A stretch of DNA of 64,000 nt from the NCBI GenBank assembly GCA_023544605.1, contig JAMJFQ010000001.1, positions 6,410 to 70,409 on the forward strand. Direction: 5' to 3'. Origin of the DNA: ANME-2 cluster archaeon. GTDB taxonomy: Archaea > Halobacteriota > Methanosarcinia > Methanosarcinales > Methanocomedenaceae. The notes beneath the pieces are model-generated. The model made no database searches and was not told where the DNA came from. It was given only the letters and a program-made list of their open reading frames with translations. Positions within the stretch are counted from its first letter, which is position 1. Each line of letters begins with the position of its first letter. Both the position numbers and the translations under genes were made by a program. Below, in pieces: positions 10,203-19,416 of the stretch.

Positions 10203-11825
10203 TTGGCGAAAGATTCGATAGGCATAATCTTTGGAAAAACAGGGACACATGATTTCAGGTTTGCTGTGCCAAATAGCAGCGATGTTAAACGTACGGATTA
10301 TGTAAAAGCCTGGCACGAGACCGACGGTTGGACACTTGCCCAGGTCATATCAATGACCCGTACTAGTGACGATTTCAAACTGGACGAAGCCGCCGATGCG
10401 GCAGGAGGGGCAAAGGTGGACAGCCCCAACAGCAATCTTGTCGCCGAGGCCGTGGTAATAGGAAGTAGGGGTGATGACGGACTATTAAGGTCGCCCCGCA
10501 CTCCTTTTATTCCCGGGGACAAGGTATTTGATGCAGACCATCAACTGATTCGCGCAACCCTGGGGCTGTCCCATGGCGATATATATATGGGACTGCTGGA
10601 AGGGCATGACATCAAGGTGACCCTTGATATGAACAGCCTCATCCAGAAGCACTGCAGTATCCTGGCCAAAACAGGCAGCGGGAAATCATATACTGCGGGT
10701 GTCATACTGGAAGAGATACTTGAACAGGATGTACCGCTGCTTATTATTGACCCTCACGGGGAATACAGTTCACTTAAGGAACCGGGCTCAGGGAACCAGG
10801 CAGACCTGTATAAGAAATACGACATCTCACCCCGGAGCTATGCTTCCAATATCACGGTGTACACACCTGCCAACAAAGTATTGAACCCGAATGCTGATGA
10901 CGTATTCAGGCTCGACGGTATGAACCTGAGCCCCCAGGACCTGATACAGATACTTCCTGATGAAAAATCCAGTAACATGCAGGGTATACTGTTCGAAGCC
11001 ATTTCCAAGATCCGTGCTGAGATGGAGCACTATACTCTTGACGATATTATTTTCGAGGTGGGTAATAATAAGAGCAAACTGAAATGGAATGTGATTTCTT
11101 CCCTGGAATCTATACGGGACGTGGATATTCTCTCTGACAACCCCACCACGTTGGAAGAACTGTTCAGCCGTGGCCGGGCCGCCATCATTGATATGAAGGG
11201 CGTAGCCCCACAGCTGCAATCGATGATCGTTGCAAAACTGTGTGGTGACCTGTTCGAGGCCAGGAAGATGGGAAATGTACCGCCAGGAATGCTGGTGGTG
11301 GAAGAAGCCCACAACTTCTGCCCTGAGCGGGGATTCGACAAGACCCAGAGCACGGAAATACTGCGTACCATTGCATCAGAGGGGCGTAAGTTCGGGCTGG
11401 GAATGATGGTTATCAGCCAGCGGCCGGCCCGTGTGGACAAGAACGTGCTGAGCCAGTGCAATACCCAGATCATCATGAAGATGACAAATCCCAACGACCT
11501 GAAAGCCATAAGCAAGGGGCTGGAAGGTATCAGCAGCGAGGTGGAAGAGGAACTGAAAAGACTTCCGCCAGGTGTGGGTATGCTGGTCTCGAACGATATC
11601 GAACAACCGGTACTGGTGGACATCAGGGTACGCAAGAGTAAACATGGCGGGGAGTCAGTGAACATAGCCAAATCCACAGGCCAGCAAAAAACGTCACACG
11701 AGGATGTAAAAAGAACACCAGCCAGACCGATGTCTTCAACAAACCAGCCATCACGAAAGGAATCGCACCCGACAAAGTCTGAAGGTGGCGGATTGTTTAA
11801 AAAGGTGTTCGGGTCAGGTAAATAA
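10203..11825 (+). CDS. HerA-like (DUF87) FtsK/HerA-clade ATPase
   Basis: 540 aa with a TTG start. Walker A ILAKTGSGKSYT, Walker B GMLVVEEAHNF, ISQRPARVDKNVLSQCNTQIIMKMTNPND. Basic low-complexity C-terminal tail. Confidence 0.75.
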   Translation: MAKDSIGIIFGKTGTHDFRFAVPNSSDVKRTDYVKAWHETDGWTLAQVISMTRTSDDFKLDEAADAAGGAKVDSPNSNLVAEAVVIGSRGDDGLLRSPRTPFIPGDKVFDADHQLIRATLGLSHGDIYMGLLEGHDIKVTLDMNSLIQKHCSILAKTGSGKSYTAGVILEEILEQDVPLLIIDPHGEYSSLKEPGSGNQADLYKKYDISPRSYASNITVYTPANKVLNPNADDVFRLDGMNLSPQDLIQILPDEKSSNMQGILFEAISKIRAEMEHYTLDDIIFEVGNNKSKLKWNVISSLESIRDVDILSDNPTTLEELFSRGRAAIIDMKGVAPQLQSMIVAKLCGDLFEARKMGNVPPGMLVVEEAHNFCPERGFDKTQSTEILRTIASEGRKFGLGMMVISQRPARVDKNVLSQCNTQIIMKMTNPNDLKAISKGLEGISSEVEEELKRLPPGVGMLVSNDIEQPVLVDIRVRKSKHGGESVNIAKSTGQQKTSHEDVKRTPARPMSSTNQPSRKESHPTKSEGGGLFKKVFGSGK

Positions 11826-11843
11826 TATAATATTATCAGAGCG

Positions 11844-13082
11844 CTATTTGGCACGGTACCGTGCAGCCGATTCTTTTAGCGCTTCGATACCCGGCAATTT
11901 CTCACCGGCAAGGAAATCCAGACATGCCCCTCCTCCGGTACTCACATGGTCTATCCTTGAATCCAATCCCGACTTATACAGGGCGGCTGCAATATGGCCG
12001 CCGCCTATGACGCTGAACCCTGATTCCGTGGCAGCCTCTATCAGTTCCATTGTACCCAGGCTGAAGATCTCATTCTCGAACACACCAGCAGGCCCGTTCA
12101 TGATCACGGTCTGAGCATTGCGTATCTCTTTTGAGAACGCCACAATGGTCTCCAACCCAATATCATGGATGGGCAGGTCAGAGTGATGGTTCTTCTTAAG
12201 CATTTCTATGAATTCTTCCACCCGCTCCCCATCCTTATTCAGTGCAACATCAAAGGGCAGTCCTATCTGGTCATTAAACCTGTCCAGCAGTTGTTCTGCA
12301 AGCGGTATCTGGTCAACATATCCCTGACTCTGGATGAATTCCATGTTAGGTTTGCCTATATCCACACCTTTTGCAGCCAGGAAGATGTTCGACACCACAC
12401 CGGTTAACAATACTCTATCAGCCTTTTTATTTGCCAGCACGTGTTCGGTCACTTTAAGGGAGTCGTCCACTTTGGCACCACCCAGCACATATACACAAGG
12501 CCGGTTTTTGCCTTTACAGCCTCTGCTCAGGGAAGTTATCTCTTTCTCCATCAACCTGCCTGCTATGCTGGGGAGTACCTGGGTAAATCCTATGATCGAC
12601 AGGTGCGAGCGGTGGGATACTGCAAATGCATCGTTCATGTAGAAGTCCATCAATGGGTACAACCGCCGTACCATGACTGACATGGCATGTTCCCGGGCAG
12701 GCCGTTTCATGCTTTCTTCTGAAAAGAACCTGACATTCTCGAGCATAAGGATATCGCCTTCCTTAAGTTTCTTTATTTCTGAGATAGCACGGGACCCGAA
12801 GATATCGTCAACATATTTTACATCCTTACCCAGCAGTTTGGACAATTGCTTTGCATGGGGTTCCATGGTGGTAAAGTCCTGTTTGCCAGGTCGGCTCTGG
12901 TGGCTCATGAGCACCAGGCGCGAATCTTCCAGTTCCCTAAGTGTGGTAAGTGAGCTCCGAAACCGTTTATCGTCAAGTATCCCCTGGTCCGGGGTCATAG
13001 GCGAGTTCAGGTCCAGCCTGCAAAGAATCGTTTTCCCTGATAGGTCAAAATCGTCAATGGTAAGATAGTCTCTGGTTGACAA
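11844..13082 (-). CDS. pgk: Phosphoglycerate kinase
   Basis: 412 aa: DDFDLSGKTILCRLDLNSP N-terminus, MSHQSRPG, STGGGA C-terminal motif. Confidence 0.9.
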   Translation of the reverse strand: MSTRDYLTIDDFDLSGKTILCRLDLNSPMTPDQGILDDKRFRSSLTTLRELEDSRLVLMSHQSRPGKQDFTTMEPHAKQLSKLLGKDVKYVDDIFGSRAISEIKKLKEGDILMLENVRFFSEESMKRPAREHAMSVMVRRLYPLMDFYMNDAFAVSHRSHLSIIGFTQVLPSIAGRLMEKEITSLSRGCKGKNRPCVYVLGGAKVDDSLKVTEHVLANKKADRVLLTGVVSNIFLAAKGVDIGKPNMEFIQSQGYVDQIPLAEQLLDRFNDQIGLPFDVALNKDGERVEEFIEMLKKNHHSDLPIHDIGLETIVAFSKEIRNAQTVIMNGPAGVFENEIFSLGTMELIEAATESGFSVIGGGHIAAALYKSGLDSRIDHVSTGGGACLDFLAGEKLPGIEALKESAARYRAK

Positions 13083-13317
13083 GTATGTATACCTCTGTCC
13101 TCTTATCCTGAAATATCTGCTCTAAAATATAACATGAAGGTAATTTAACCTTTTTGGATAAAGGTAAGAATAAGTTTGTATATTCACGAATGTACTTATG
13201 CCAAAAAGAGATTGCAGTCACTAATTTACAATAAAGTTGAGTAACAATTAGGGGACCATTAAAACCTTTATACCTTAAATTACATATAAACTTAAAAAGT
13301 CCGGAGCACCAGCAACC

Positions 13318-14199
13318 ATGAATGTAAACCGCGAGCAAATACTGATAGAAGCCCTCCCTTATATCCGTGAGTTCCACGACTCCATCATGGTCATCAAGGT
13401 AGGAGGCCATGCCATGGTGGACCCAGGGCTCATGGAAGACATAGTCCAGGACGTTGTACTCCTGCGTTATGTAGGTATCCATCCTATCATCGTCCATGGC
13501 GGCGGTCCTGAGATAACCCAGAAAATGGAACAGATGGGAAAGAAGAGCGAGTTCATTGCAGGACTGCGTATCACCGATGATGAGACCATGGAGATAGCCC
13601 GTATGGTATTGGTAGGGAACATCAATACCCGAATCGTATCGTCTATCGGTACCTACGGTGGTAAGGGTCTGGGACTATCAGGCAAGGACGGCCGGCTCAT
13701 CATGGCCAAAAAGAAAGCCCTCCAGCGGGTCACCGTTGAAGGCAGGGAACATGATGTAGACCTGGGCTGGGTAGGGGATGTGGAGCTTATCAATCCAGAG
13801 GTACTCTTAATGGCGGCCGGTAAGGGTTATATCCCGGTCATTGCACCCATTGCAGTAGATGAGCAGGGCAATAGCCTGAACATCAATGCCGATACCGTAG
13901 CCGGCGATATAGCCGCAGCTATGCGGGCCAAGAAACTTATACTCATGACCGATGTGCCGGGTGTATTGCAGGACCCTGCTGACACATCCAGCCGCATCTC
14001 ACGCATAAAGCTTGAACTAATCGAGGACATGATAGGTGATGGCACCATTGCGGGAGGTATGATACCTAAAGTCCGCTCAGCAGCGAATGCAGTGGAAAAA
14101 GGTGTGGAAAAAGTGCATATTATCGATGGCAGCAAGTCCCACAGTATATTGCTGGAACTGTTAACTGACCAAGGGATAGGGACTATGATATACCATTGA
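13318..14199 (+). CDS. argB: Acetylglutamate kinase
   Basis: 293 aa: IMVIKVGGHAM, IIVHGGGPEI, NINADTVAG, matching the amino-acid kinase family / ArgB pattern. Confidence 0.9.
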   Translation: MNVNREQILIEALPYIREFHDSIMVIKVGGHAMVDPGLMEDIVQDVVLLRYVGIHPIIVHGGGPEITQKMEQMGKKSEFIAGLRITDDETMEIARMVLVGNINTRIVSSIGTYGGKGLGLSGKDGRLIMAKKKALQRVTVEGREHDVDLGWVGDVELINPEVLLMAAGKGYIPVIAPIAVDEQGNSLNINADTVAGDIAAAMRAKKLILMTDVPGVLQDPADTSSRISRIKLELIEDMIGDGTIAGGMIPKVRSAANAVEKGVEKVHIIDGSKSHSILLELLTDQGIGTMIYH

Positions 14200-14285
14200 A
14201 GCAGGTTGCATGGTTTTCTTACAGTTAAGCATATAAGGTATCCGAAGTCTATTAAGTCAAACTTTATTGTATGGAGTAACGACCA

Positions 14286-14741
14286 TTGAGCAAGAAGACC
14301 AAAGGTGCAAAGAAAGGATTCTGGGAACGGGCCAAGGAATCAGCAGCCCAGTCACAGGCATTGGCCGAGCGTGAAAAAACCGAAAAGCAAAAAAAAACAG
14401 CCCCAACGTCCGAGTTAAAACCCACCAAGCCTGTTGAAAAGACACCTGAAGAGAGGAAAAAGCTCTATAAGGCTGGTATTATCAAGACAGTGGTTCCGGC
14501 TATTATAGGTACACTTGCCGGATTTATTAGTTTTTCTAGCATGGGTGATGCTACTGAATATCCCTGGCTTTCTATCATGCTCTTTGTTATTATTTTCTCG
14601 TACTATGCCCAGCGTATAGTGTACCCCATAATAGGATTTGACATGAAGGAGTTCGGCAACAAGGACTGGTTCTATGTGGAGTTCATGACAGTCATTTTCT
14701 GGCTCGTGGTCTGGACACTGCTACTCAACCAGCCACTTTGA
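14286..14741 (+). CDS. Hypothetical membrane protein (Lys/Glu-rich N-terminus, three predicted helices)
   Basis: 151-aa ORF with a TTG start and GGAG about 9 nt upstream. Charged N-terminal 60 aa followed by three hydrophobic segments. Confidence 0.5.
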   Translation: MSKKTKGAKKGFWERAKESAAQSQALAEREKTEKQKKTAPTSELKPTKPVEKTPEERKKLYKAGIIKTVVPAIIGTLAGFISFSSMGDATEYPWLSIMLFVIIFSYYAQRIVYPIIGFDMKEFGNKDWFYVEFMTVIFWLVVWTLLLNQPL

Positions 14742-14754
14742 ACTATTTTGAGGT

Positions 14755-16542
14755 GTGATCTTAGTGAGGATAGCCATAGTTAACAAGGACAGGTGTCAGT
14801 TTAAGAAGTGCGGGCTGGAATGCATTCATTTTTGTCCCAGGGTGCGCACCGGGGACGAGACCGTGGTGCAGGGCGAGGACGGCAAAGCCGTGATATCAGA
14901 GGAACTGTGTGTGGGTTGCGGTATCTGCATAAAAAAATGTCCCTTTCATTCGATCATGATCATAGGACTTCCCGAAGAACTGGATACTCCTGTACACAGG
15001 TATGGTGTCAACGGGTTCGCGTTGTACGGGCTGCCCACTCCGCTACAGGGCAAGGTCACGGGTATCCTGGGTCCCAATGGAGTGGGTAAATCCACAGCTG
15101 TCAACATCTTAAGCGGCATCATGATGCCCAACCTGGGCAAGGATGATACCACCTGGGACGAAGTACTGGAGATATATTCGGGCTCGGGTATGTATGAATA
15201 TATGAAAGCTCTCTCAGAAGGTAACATCAGAGCCTCCCATAAACCCCAATATGTCGATAACATTCCCAAGGCTGTGAAAGGCAAGGTATCAGAACTGCTC
15301 GATAAGACCGATGAGCGTGGCATTATGGCCGAGCTGGCAGCCAAGCTTGAGATAGAGTATGTGCTGGACAGGGAGATTAAAGACCTCTCAGGAGGTGAAC
15401 TTCAAAGAGTAGCCCTGGCTGCCTGTGTAAGCCGGGAAGCCGATTTCTATTTTATAGACGAGATAAGCCCATATCTGGATATATACCAGCGTATTAATTC
15501 GGCCCGTATCATACAGGACCTGGCAGATAACAGTGCAGTAATGGTAATAGAACACGACCTGGCCCTGTTGGACCAGCTGGCCGATACCGTACATATAGCC
15601 TATGGCGTTCCTACCGGTTATGGTGTTATCACCCAGCCAAAAGGTGTGAGGGTGGCCATCAACCAGTATCTGCACGGCTTTTTAGCAGAGGAGAATGTAC
15701 GTCTGCGCACCGAGCCTATCAAGTTCGAGGAACATCCGCCGCGGGAGCAAAAAGATATACCTACTTTGCTTGAATTTGGCAGGTTCACCAAGAAATTTGG
15801 CAAAGACGGATTCGAACTGGTGGTGGGAAGCGATACGTTAGGCAATGAAATAAAAAAGGGCGAAGTCATAGGTATTGTGGGGCCGAACGGGATAGGTAAA
15901 TCTACGTTCGTCAAGATACTGGCTGGTGAAGAATCACCCACTACAGGCAGTCTGGAGACTGACCTTACCATAGCGTACAAACCCCAGTACCTGAAAGGAG
16001 ATTATCCTGTTAAGGTGCGGGACTTCCTACGTGGTATCAACACCAAATTCGATGCCAGTTATTACCAGACCGAGATAATCAAACCGCTCCAGCTGGACGG
16101 CCTTATGGATAGGATGCTTACCGAACTCTCGGGTGGTGAATTACAGCGTGCTGCCATTGCTGCCAGCCTGGGTAAAACCGCTGATCTGTATATATTTGAC
16201 GAGCCCAGTGCCCACCTGGATGTGGAACAGCGTGCCCTGGCCACCAGGGTTATCCGCAGGTTCGCTGAGAACAATAATGTGACTGCCATGGTAGTGGACC
16301 ATGATATTTATATGATCGATATGCTATCCGAACGGCTTATAGTGTTTGAGGGACAACCTGCAATAAGAGGTGAGGTTCACGGCCCCTTTAATATGCGAAA
16401 GGGGATGAACCTGTTTTTGAAGAACCTTAATATAACCTTCAGGCGAGACGACGAAACACGCCGGCCCAGGGTGAATAAATCTCATTCCAAACTGGACAGG
16501 CAACAGAAATCGATGGGTGAATATTATTACACATTAGAATAG
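14755..16542 (+). CDS. abcE1: ABCE1 / RNase L inhibitor-type ribosome recycling ATPase
   Basis: N-terminal Fe-S motifs CQFKKCGLECIHFCP and CVGCGICIKKCP. Two ABC domains (GPNGVGKST, GPNGIGKST; LSGGELQR twice). An alternative GTG start at 14764 is possible. Confidence 0.92.
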   Translation: MILVRIAIVNKDRCQFKKCGLECIHFCPRVRTGDETVVQGEDGKAVISEELCVGCGICIKKCPFHSIMIIGLPEELDTPVHRYGVNGFALYGLPTPLQGKVTGILGPNGVGKSTAVNILSGIMMPNLGKDDTTWDEVLEIYSGSGMYEYMKALSEGNIRASHKPQYVDNIPKAVKGKVSELLDKTDERGIMAELAAKLEIEYVLDREIKDLSGGELQRVALAACVSREADFYFIDEISPYLDIYQRINSARIIQDLADNSAVMVIEHDLALLDQLADTVHIAYGVPTGYGVITQPKGVRVAINQYLHGFLAEENVRLRTEPIKFEEHPPREQKDIPTLLEFGRFTKKFGKDGFELVVGSDTLGNEIKKGEVIGIVGPNGIGKSTFVKILAGEESPTTGSLETDLTIAYKPQYLKGDYPVKVRDFLRGINTKFDASYYQTEIIKPLQLDGLMDRMLTELSGGELQRAAIAASLGKTADLYIFDEPSAHLDVEQRALATRVIRRFAENNNVTAMVVDHDIYMIDMLSERLIVFEGQPAIRGEVHGPFNMRKGMNLFLKNLNITFRRDDETRRPRVNKSHSKLDRQQKSMGEYYYTLE

Positions 16543-16637
16543 AGTTAGAATTGTATTTAATATAAATACATTGCAGAATATAGATTTAAATAACAAGATT
16601 TATATAAGAAATTCTTTACTATCAAGCGTGGTGAGTA

Positions 16638-16895
16638 TTGTTGGACTCAAAGGAAATAAAATTTTTATTGTCGGTAATACTTCAAATTCCAGTATGGCTA
16701 ACTGGTGTTTACTGGGGCATATACTGGATGTTCAATTGGATATTAGGTGCTGATTCTCATCCGGGAGAATCAGGATTGACACAGGTGGGAGGCACTATCA
16801 TTTGTGGGCTTCTGCTTTACGCTATTATATTGTTCACATACGGTTTCCTGGCATATTCATTCGACCTGCCAAAACCGTTTTGTAAAAAAACATGA
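16638..16895 (+). CDS. Small hypothetical membrane protein (two hydrophobic helices)
   Basis: 85-aa ORF with a TTG start and two hydrophobic stretches (LLSVILQIPVWLTGVYWGIYWMF; IICGLLLYAIILFTYGFLAY). Lies directly upstream of the cytochrome genes. Coding status is uncertain. Confidence 0.35.
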   Translation: MLDSKEIKFLLSVILQIPVWLTGVYWGIYWMFNWILGADSHPGESGLTQVGGTIICGLLLYAIILFTYGFLAYSFDLPKPFCKKT

Positions 16896-16977
16896 GGATC
16901 ATATTGTGAGAGAAAAGTAAAAATTCCAACGTTGTGGATTACACGGACAGGTAATAATAAAACATGAGGGCAAGGGT

Positions 16978-17613
16978 ATGAGTCTGAAAAAACTTATTCC
17001 AGGAGCATTAACGATACTTACATTGATATTTTTTGCAATTGGATTGATAACATCAGTGACGAGCACCATCATTATTGAAGAGGACTGTAATGAATGTCAT
17101 GATCGTGAATTTGGTCAATCAGCAGAAATTCATGTTGAAGGCGGTCTTATGAACCGTGATTGTACCAACTGTCATGAAAGTATTGAGATCTCACATGGTG
17201 GGTTTGAACTTGATGAATGTGACCACTGCCATTCTACTGATAGGGGTATAACAATGGCCTATACCAAATGTAGCAATTGCCATGCAAGAGACCCTCATGA
17301 GGAAAAGATGTCCACTAATGAATGTATGACATGTCATTCCAAATGTTCCACATGCCATCATGTCTCACAAACCACGGTAATCCAGGGTAGGCATGAAAAT
17401 CTACAGTGTGAAGGCTGCCACATATATCACCTGTACAGGCCCCAATGCATAAGTTGCCACATGAATGCGATCGGATTACATGAGAACATCACCGATGTGA
17501 GTTACAGTACCAGGACATGTATCTCATGCCATGGACCTGCACACAATTCGACATACGCCCAGATTAATGAGGATGTACAACGGGAGTATACCTGGCATTA
17601 TACTGAAGTTTAG
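16978..17613 (+). CDS. Multiheme c-type cytochrome, 9 CxxCH motifs, N-terminal membrane anchor/signal
   Basis: 211 aa. I count CNECH, CTNCH, CDHCH, CSNCH, CMTCH, CSTCH, CEGCH, CISCH, CISCH. The N-terminal hydrophobic helix is ALTILTLIFFAIGLITSV. Confidence 0.9.
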   Translation: MSLKKLIPGALTILTLIFFAIGLITSVTSTIIIEEDCNECHDREFGQSAEIHVEGGLMNRDCTNCHESIEISHGGFELDECDHCHSTDRGITMAYTKCSNCHARDPHEEKMSTNECMTCHSKCSTCHHVSQTTVIQGRHENLQCEGCHIYHLYRPQCISCHMNAIGLHENITDVSYSTRTCISCHGPAHNSTYAQINEDVQREYTWHYTEV

Positions 17614-17639
17614 GTAAAAAAACATGTGGTGAATTAAAT

Positions 17640-18746
17640 ATGGTTGATATGAGAAAAGTGATCGTTACAATTATTATGCTGGTTTTTGTGTTAGTCGCAA
17701 CCCAGGTGTTTCTGGATGCAGCTAATTATGTAAGACACAACAGTTTTTGTAAGTTTTGTCATGAAAGTGAATATGATTCTTATTACGACCCAGGAGATTC
17801 ATTGGATTACGCTCATTCACATTATGACATTTCATGCGCAGGATGTCATGAAGGACATGACCATGTAGCATTTACCTATTCAATTTCTAAAATGATGATC
17901 CTTGATGTGACGGGTGGCTCAACTCCCCCCCAATCCGATGACGATGTTGTATTGGAGAACAAGGAACGATGTCTTGTTTGCCATGAGAATTACAAGATAG
18001 TATTGTCTGAACGTCTGCTTAACCCCCATGCAAATGTAACCAATTGTGCTTCGTGTCATTCAGGCCACACCAGGGGAATGGATGAAAATACATGCGCAGG
18101 GTGCCATCCAGTGCCCTATAATTCACTGGAGGGGGAAGGCGGGAAGCATTCCAAGAAAGGATGCGAGTTCTGTCATCAATCCCATGGTTATATCATGGAA
18201 TGTGAACAGTGTCATGGTTCTTTCCACCAGGGCGTATTTGTGGATTGTGGTGAGTGCCACACTGATGCCCATAAACCTACTGATATAGAATTTACTGATG
18301 TGGCAATAGAGAAGAGCCTATGCATCAAATGTCATACTAATGTCAATGTAACTTTCACTATCAACCCATCGAAACATGCAAACCTGGACTGTATAATGTG
18401 CCATCCATCCCATGGCCAGAAACAACAGTGTTCCAAATGTCACAGGCCTCACGGAGAAGAATCGACCCAGGCAGATTGTTTTGTTTGCCATCGAGGCCAT
18501 ACTCCCAGGGATGTAAAATATTCGGGTAGTACTCCGGCAACATTATGTCTTGAGTGTCACGAGCAGGCAGGGAATACGTTATTGAACAGCAACACGAAAC
18601 ACACTACTATGGCTTGTGTCAAATGTCACCCGAACCATGCCCAGGTTCCCAGTTGCATGGACTGTCATGGAACACCGCACACCAGCACTACTACCGATTG
18701 TGAACGTTGCCACATTTCAGCGCATGAACTGTGGATAAAAAATTAG
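17640..18746 (+). CDS. Multiheme c-type cytochrome, 16 CxxCH motifs, with NapC/NirT-like membrane-anchored N-terminus
   Basis: 368 aa. I count 16 motifs: CKFCH, CAGCH, CLVCH, CASCH, CAGCH, CEFCH, CEQCH, CGECH, CIKCH, CIMCH, CSKCH, CFVCH, CLECH, CVKCH, CMDCH, CERCH. An N-terminal TM helix (VIVTIIMLVFVLVATQVF) is followed by NSFCKFCHESEY. Confidence 0.9.
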   Translation: MVDMRKVIVTIIMLVFVLVATQVFLDAANYVRHNSFCKFCHESEYDSYYDPGDSLDYAHSHYDISCAGCHEGHDHVAFTYSISKMMILDVTGGSTPPQSDDDVVLENKERCLVCHENYKIVLSERLLNPHANVTNCASCHSGHTRGMDENTCAGCHPVPYNSLEGEGGKHSKKGCEFCHQSHGYIMECEQCHGSFHQGVFVDCGECHTDAHKPTDIEFTDVAIEKSLCIKCHTNVNVTFTINPSKHANLDCIMCHPSHGQKQQCSKCHRPHGEESTQADCFVCHRGHTPRDVKYSGSTPATLCLECHEQAGNTLLNSNTKHTTMACVKCHPNHAQVPSCMDCHGTPHTSTTTDCERCHISAHELWIKN

Positions 18747-18759
18747 GAGAGATAAGTAA

Positions 18760-18999
18760 ATGATACCCGATATTTTAAAATCAGATGTGATCTTGTATTA
18801 TTTAGCTGCATTCCTGGGTATAATCTCCATGTCAATGTTGCTGATATTTGTTCCTTTTAAGTCGGTAGCTACTTTGATGATGATGGTATCCGGATTAGGG
18901 ATATTGGGCCTAGGGTTAATGGTCCTGTTCATAGCAATCCTGTGGGACTTAAAGAGGCAGTATCTCGATAAGGAGCATAACACCATTCATCGTGATTAA
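18760..18999 (+). CDS. Small hypothetical membrane protein (two to three helices)
   Basis: 79-aa ORF starting 13 nt after the 16-heme cytochrome stop, with a GGAGAG-type RBS upstream. Strongly hydrophobic (ILYYLAAFLGIISMSMLLIFV; MMMVSGLGILGLGLMVLFIAILW). Confidence 0.45.
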   Translation: MIPDILKSDVILYYLAAFLGIISMSMLLIFVPFKSVATLMMMVSGLGILGLGLMVLFIAILWDLKRQYLDKEHNTIHRD

Positions 19000-19021
19000 T
19001 GTAAAGGAACGATAGTATCTG

Positions 19022-19309
19022 TTAAAACATGAGTTCCAGTGCGGCTTTAGCGGTCATTCCTACTTTAATTCCAAGTTCCTCGGCTGCTTGAGTTGTTCCT
19101 GCTACATTAGCGGCCAGTACATCATCAAAACTGCTTACACCTGTTACCATTACAGCCACGTCACCCAGGTGTTGGGCTGTATCAATGTTCAGGTAACCAC
19201 ACATGATGAAACCTCTGGGTGCCCTGATGACCAGCAGTGGAGCATGTTCCATATCCATTTTGAGTCCCACAGCCGTGCCCCTCTCCAGTTCAATAGGTTC
19301 AATGAGCAT
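19022..19309 (-). CDS. DUF1805 (YunC-like) family protein
   Basis: 95 aa. PRGFIMCGYLNIDTA and the C-terminal GIKVGMTAKAALELM resemble the YunC/DUF1805 pattern as I remember it. Confidence 0.65.
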   Translation of the reverse strand: MLIEPIELERGTAVGLKMDMEHAPLLVIRAPRGFIMCGYLNIDTAQHLGDVAVMVTGVSSFDDVLAANVAGTTQAAEELGIKVGMTAKAALELMF

Positions 19310-19311
19310 AT

Positions 19312-19416
19312 CTAATCTGTCTTTTTAAGGTCCGTGGATTGGCAGGAGGGACAGGACAGTTTGGAACCCATACCCTTGAATTTATTACCACATGCATTGC
19401 ACTCATATCCTGACAT
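19312..19416 (-). CDS. Small zinc-ribbon protein (34 aa; 52 aa if started at 19470)
   Basis: Below the ORF-track cutoff. My translation is MSGYECNACGNKFKGMGSKLSCPSCQSTDLKKTD (CxxC...CxxC). Its stop is 2 nt upstream of the DUF1805 start codon, suggesting co-transcription. Confidence 0.4.
   Translation of the reverse strand: MSGYECNACGNKFKGMGSKLSCPSCQSTDLKKTD

Noticed and set aside
11030-11854. 274-aa minus-strand ORF
   Set aside because: Antisense shadow of the HerA-like ATPase gene. Low-complexity Ser/Pro-rich translation with no motifs.
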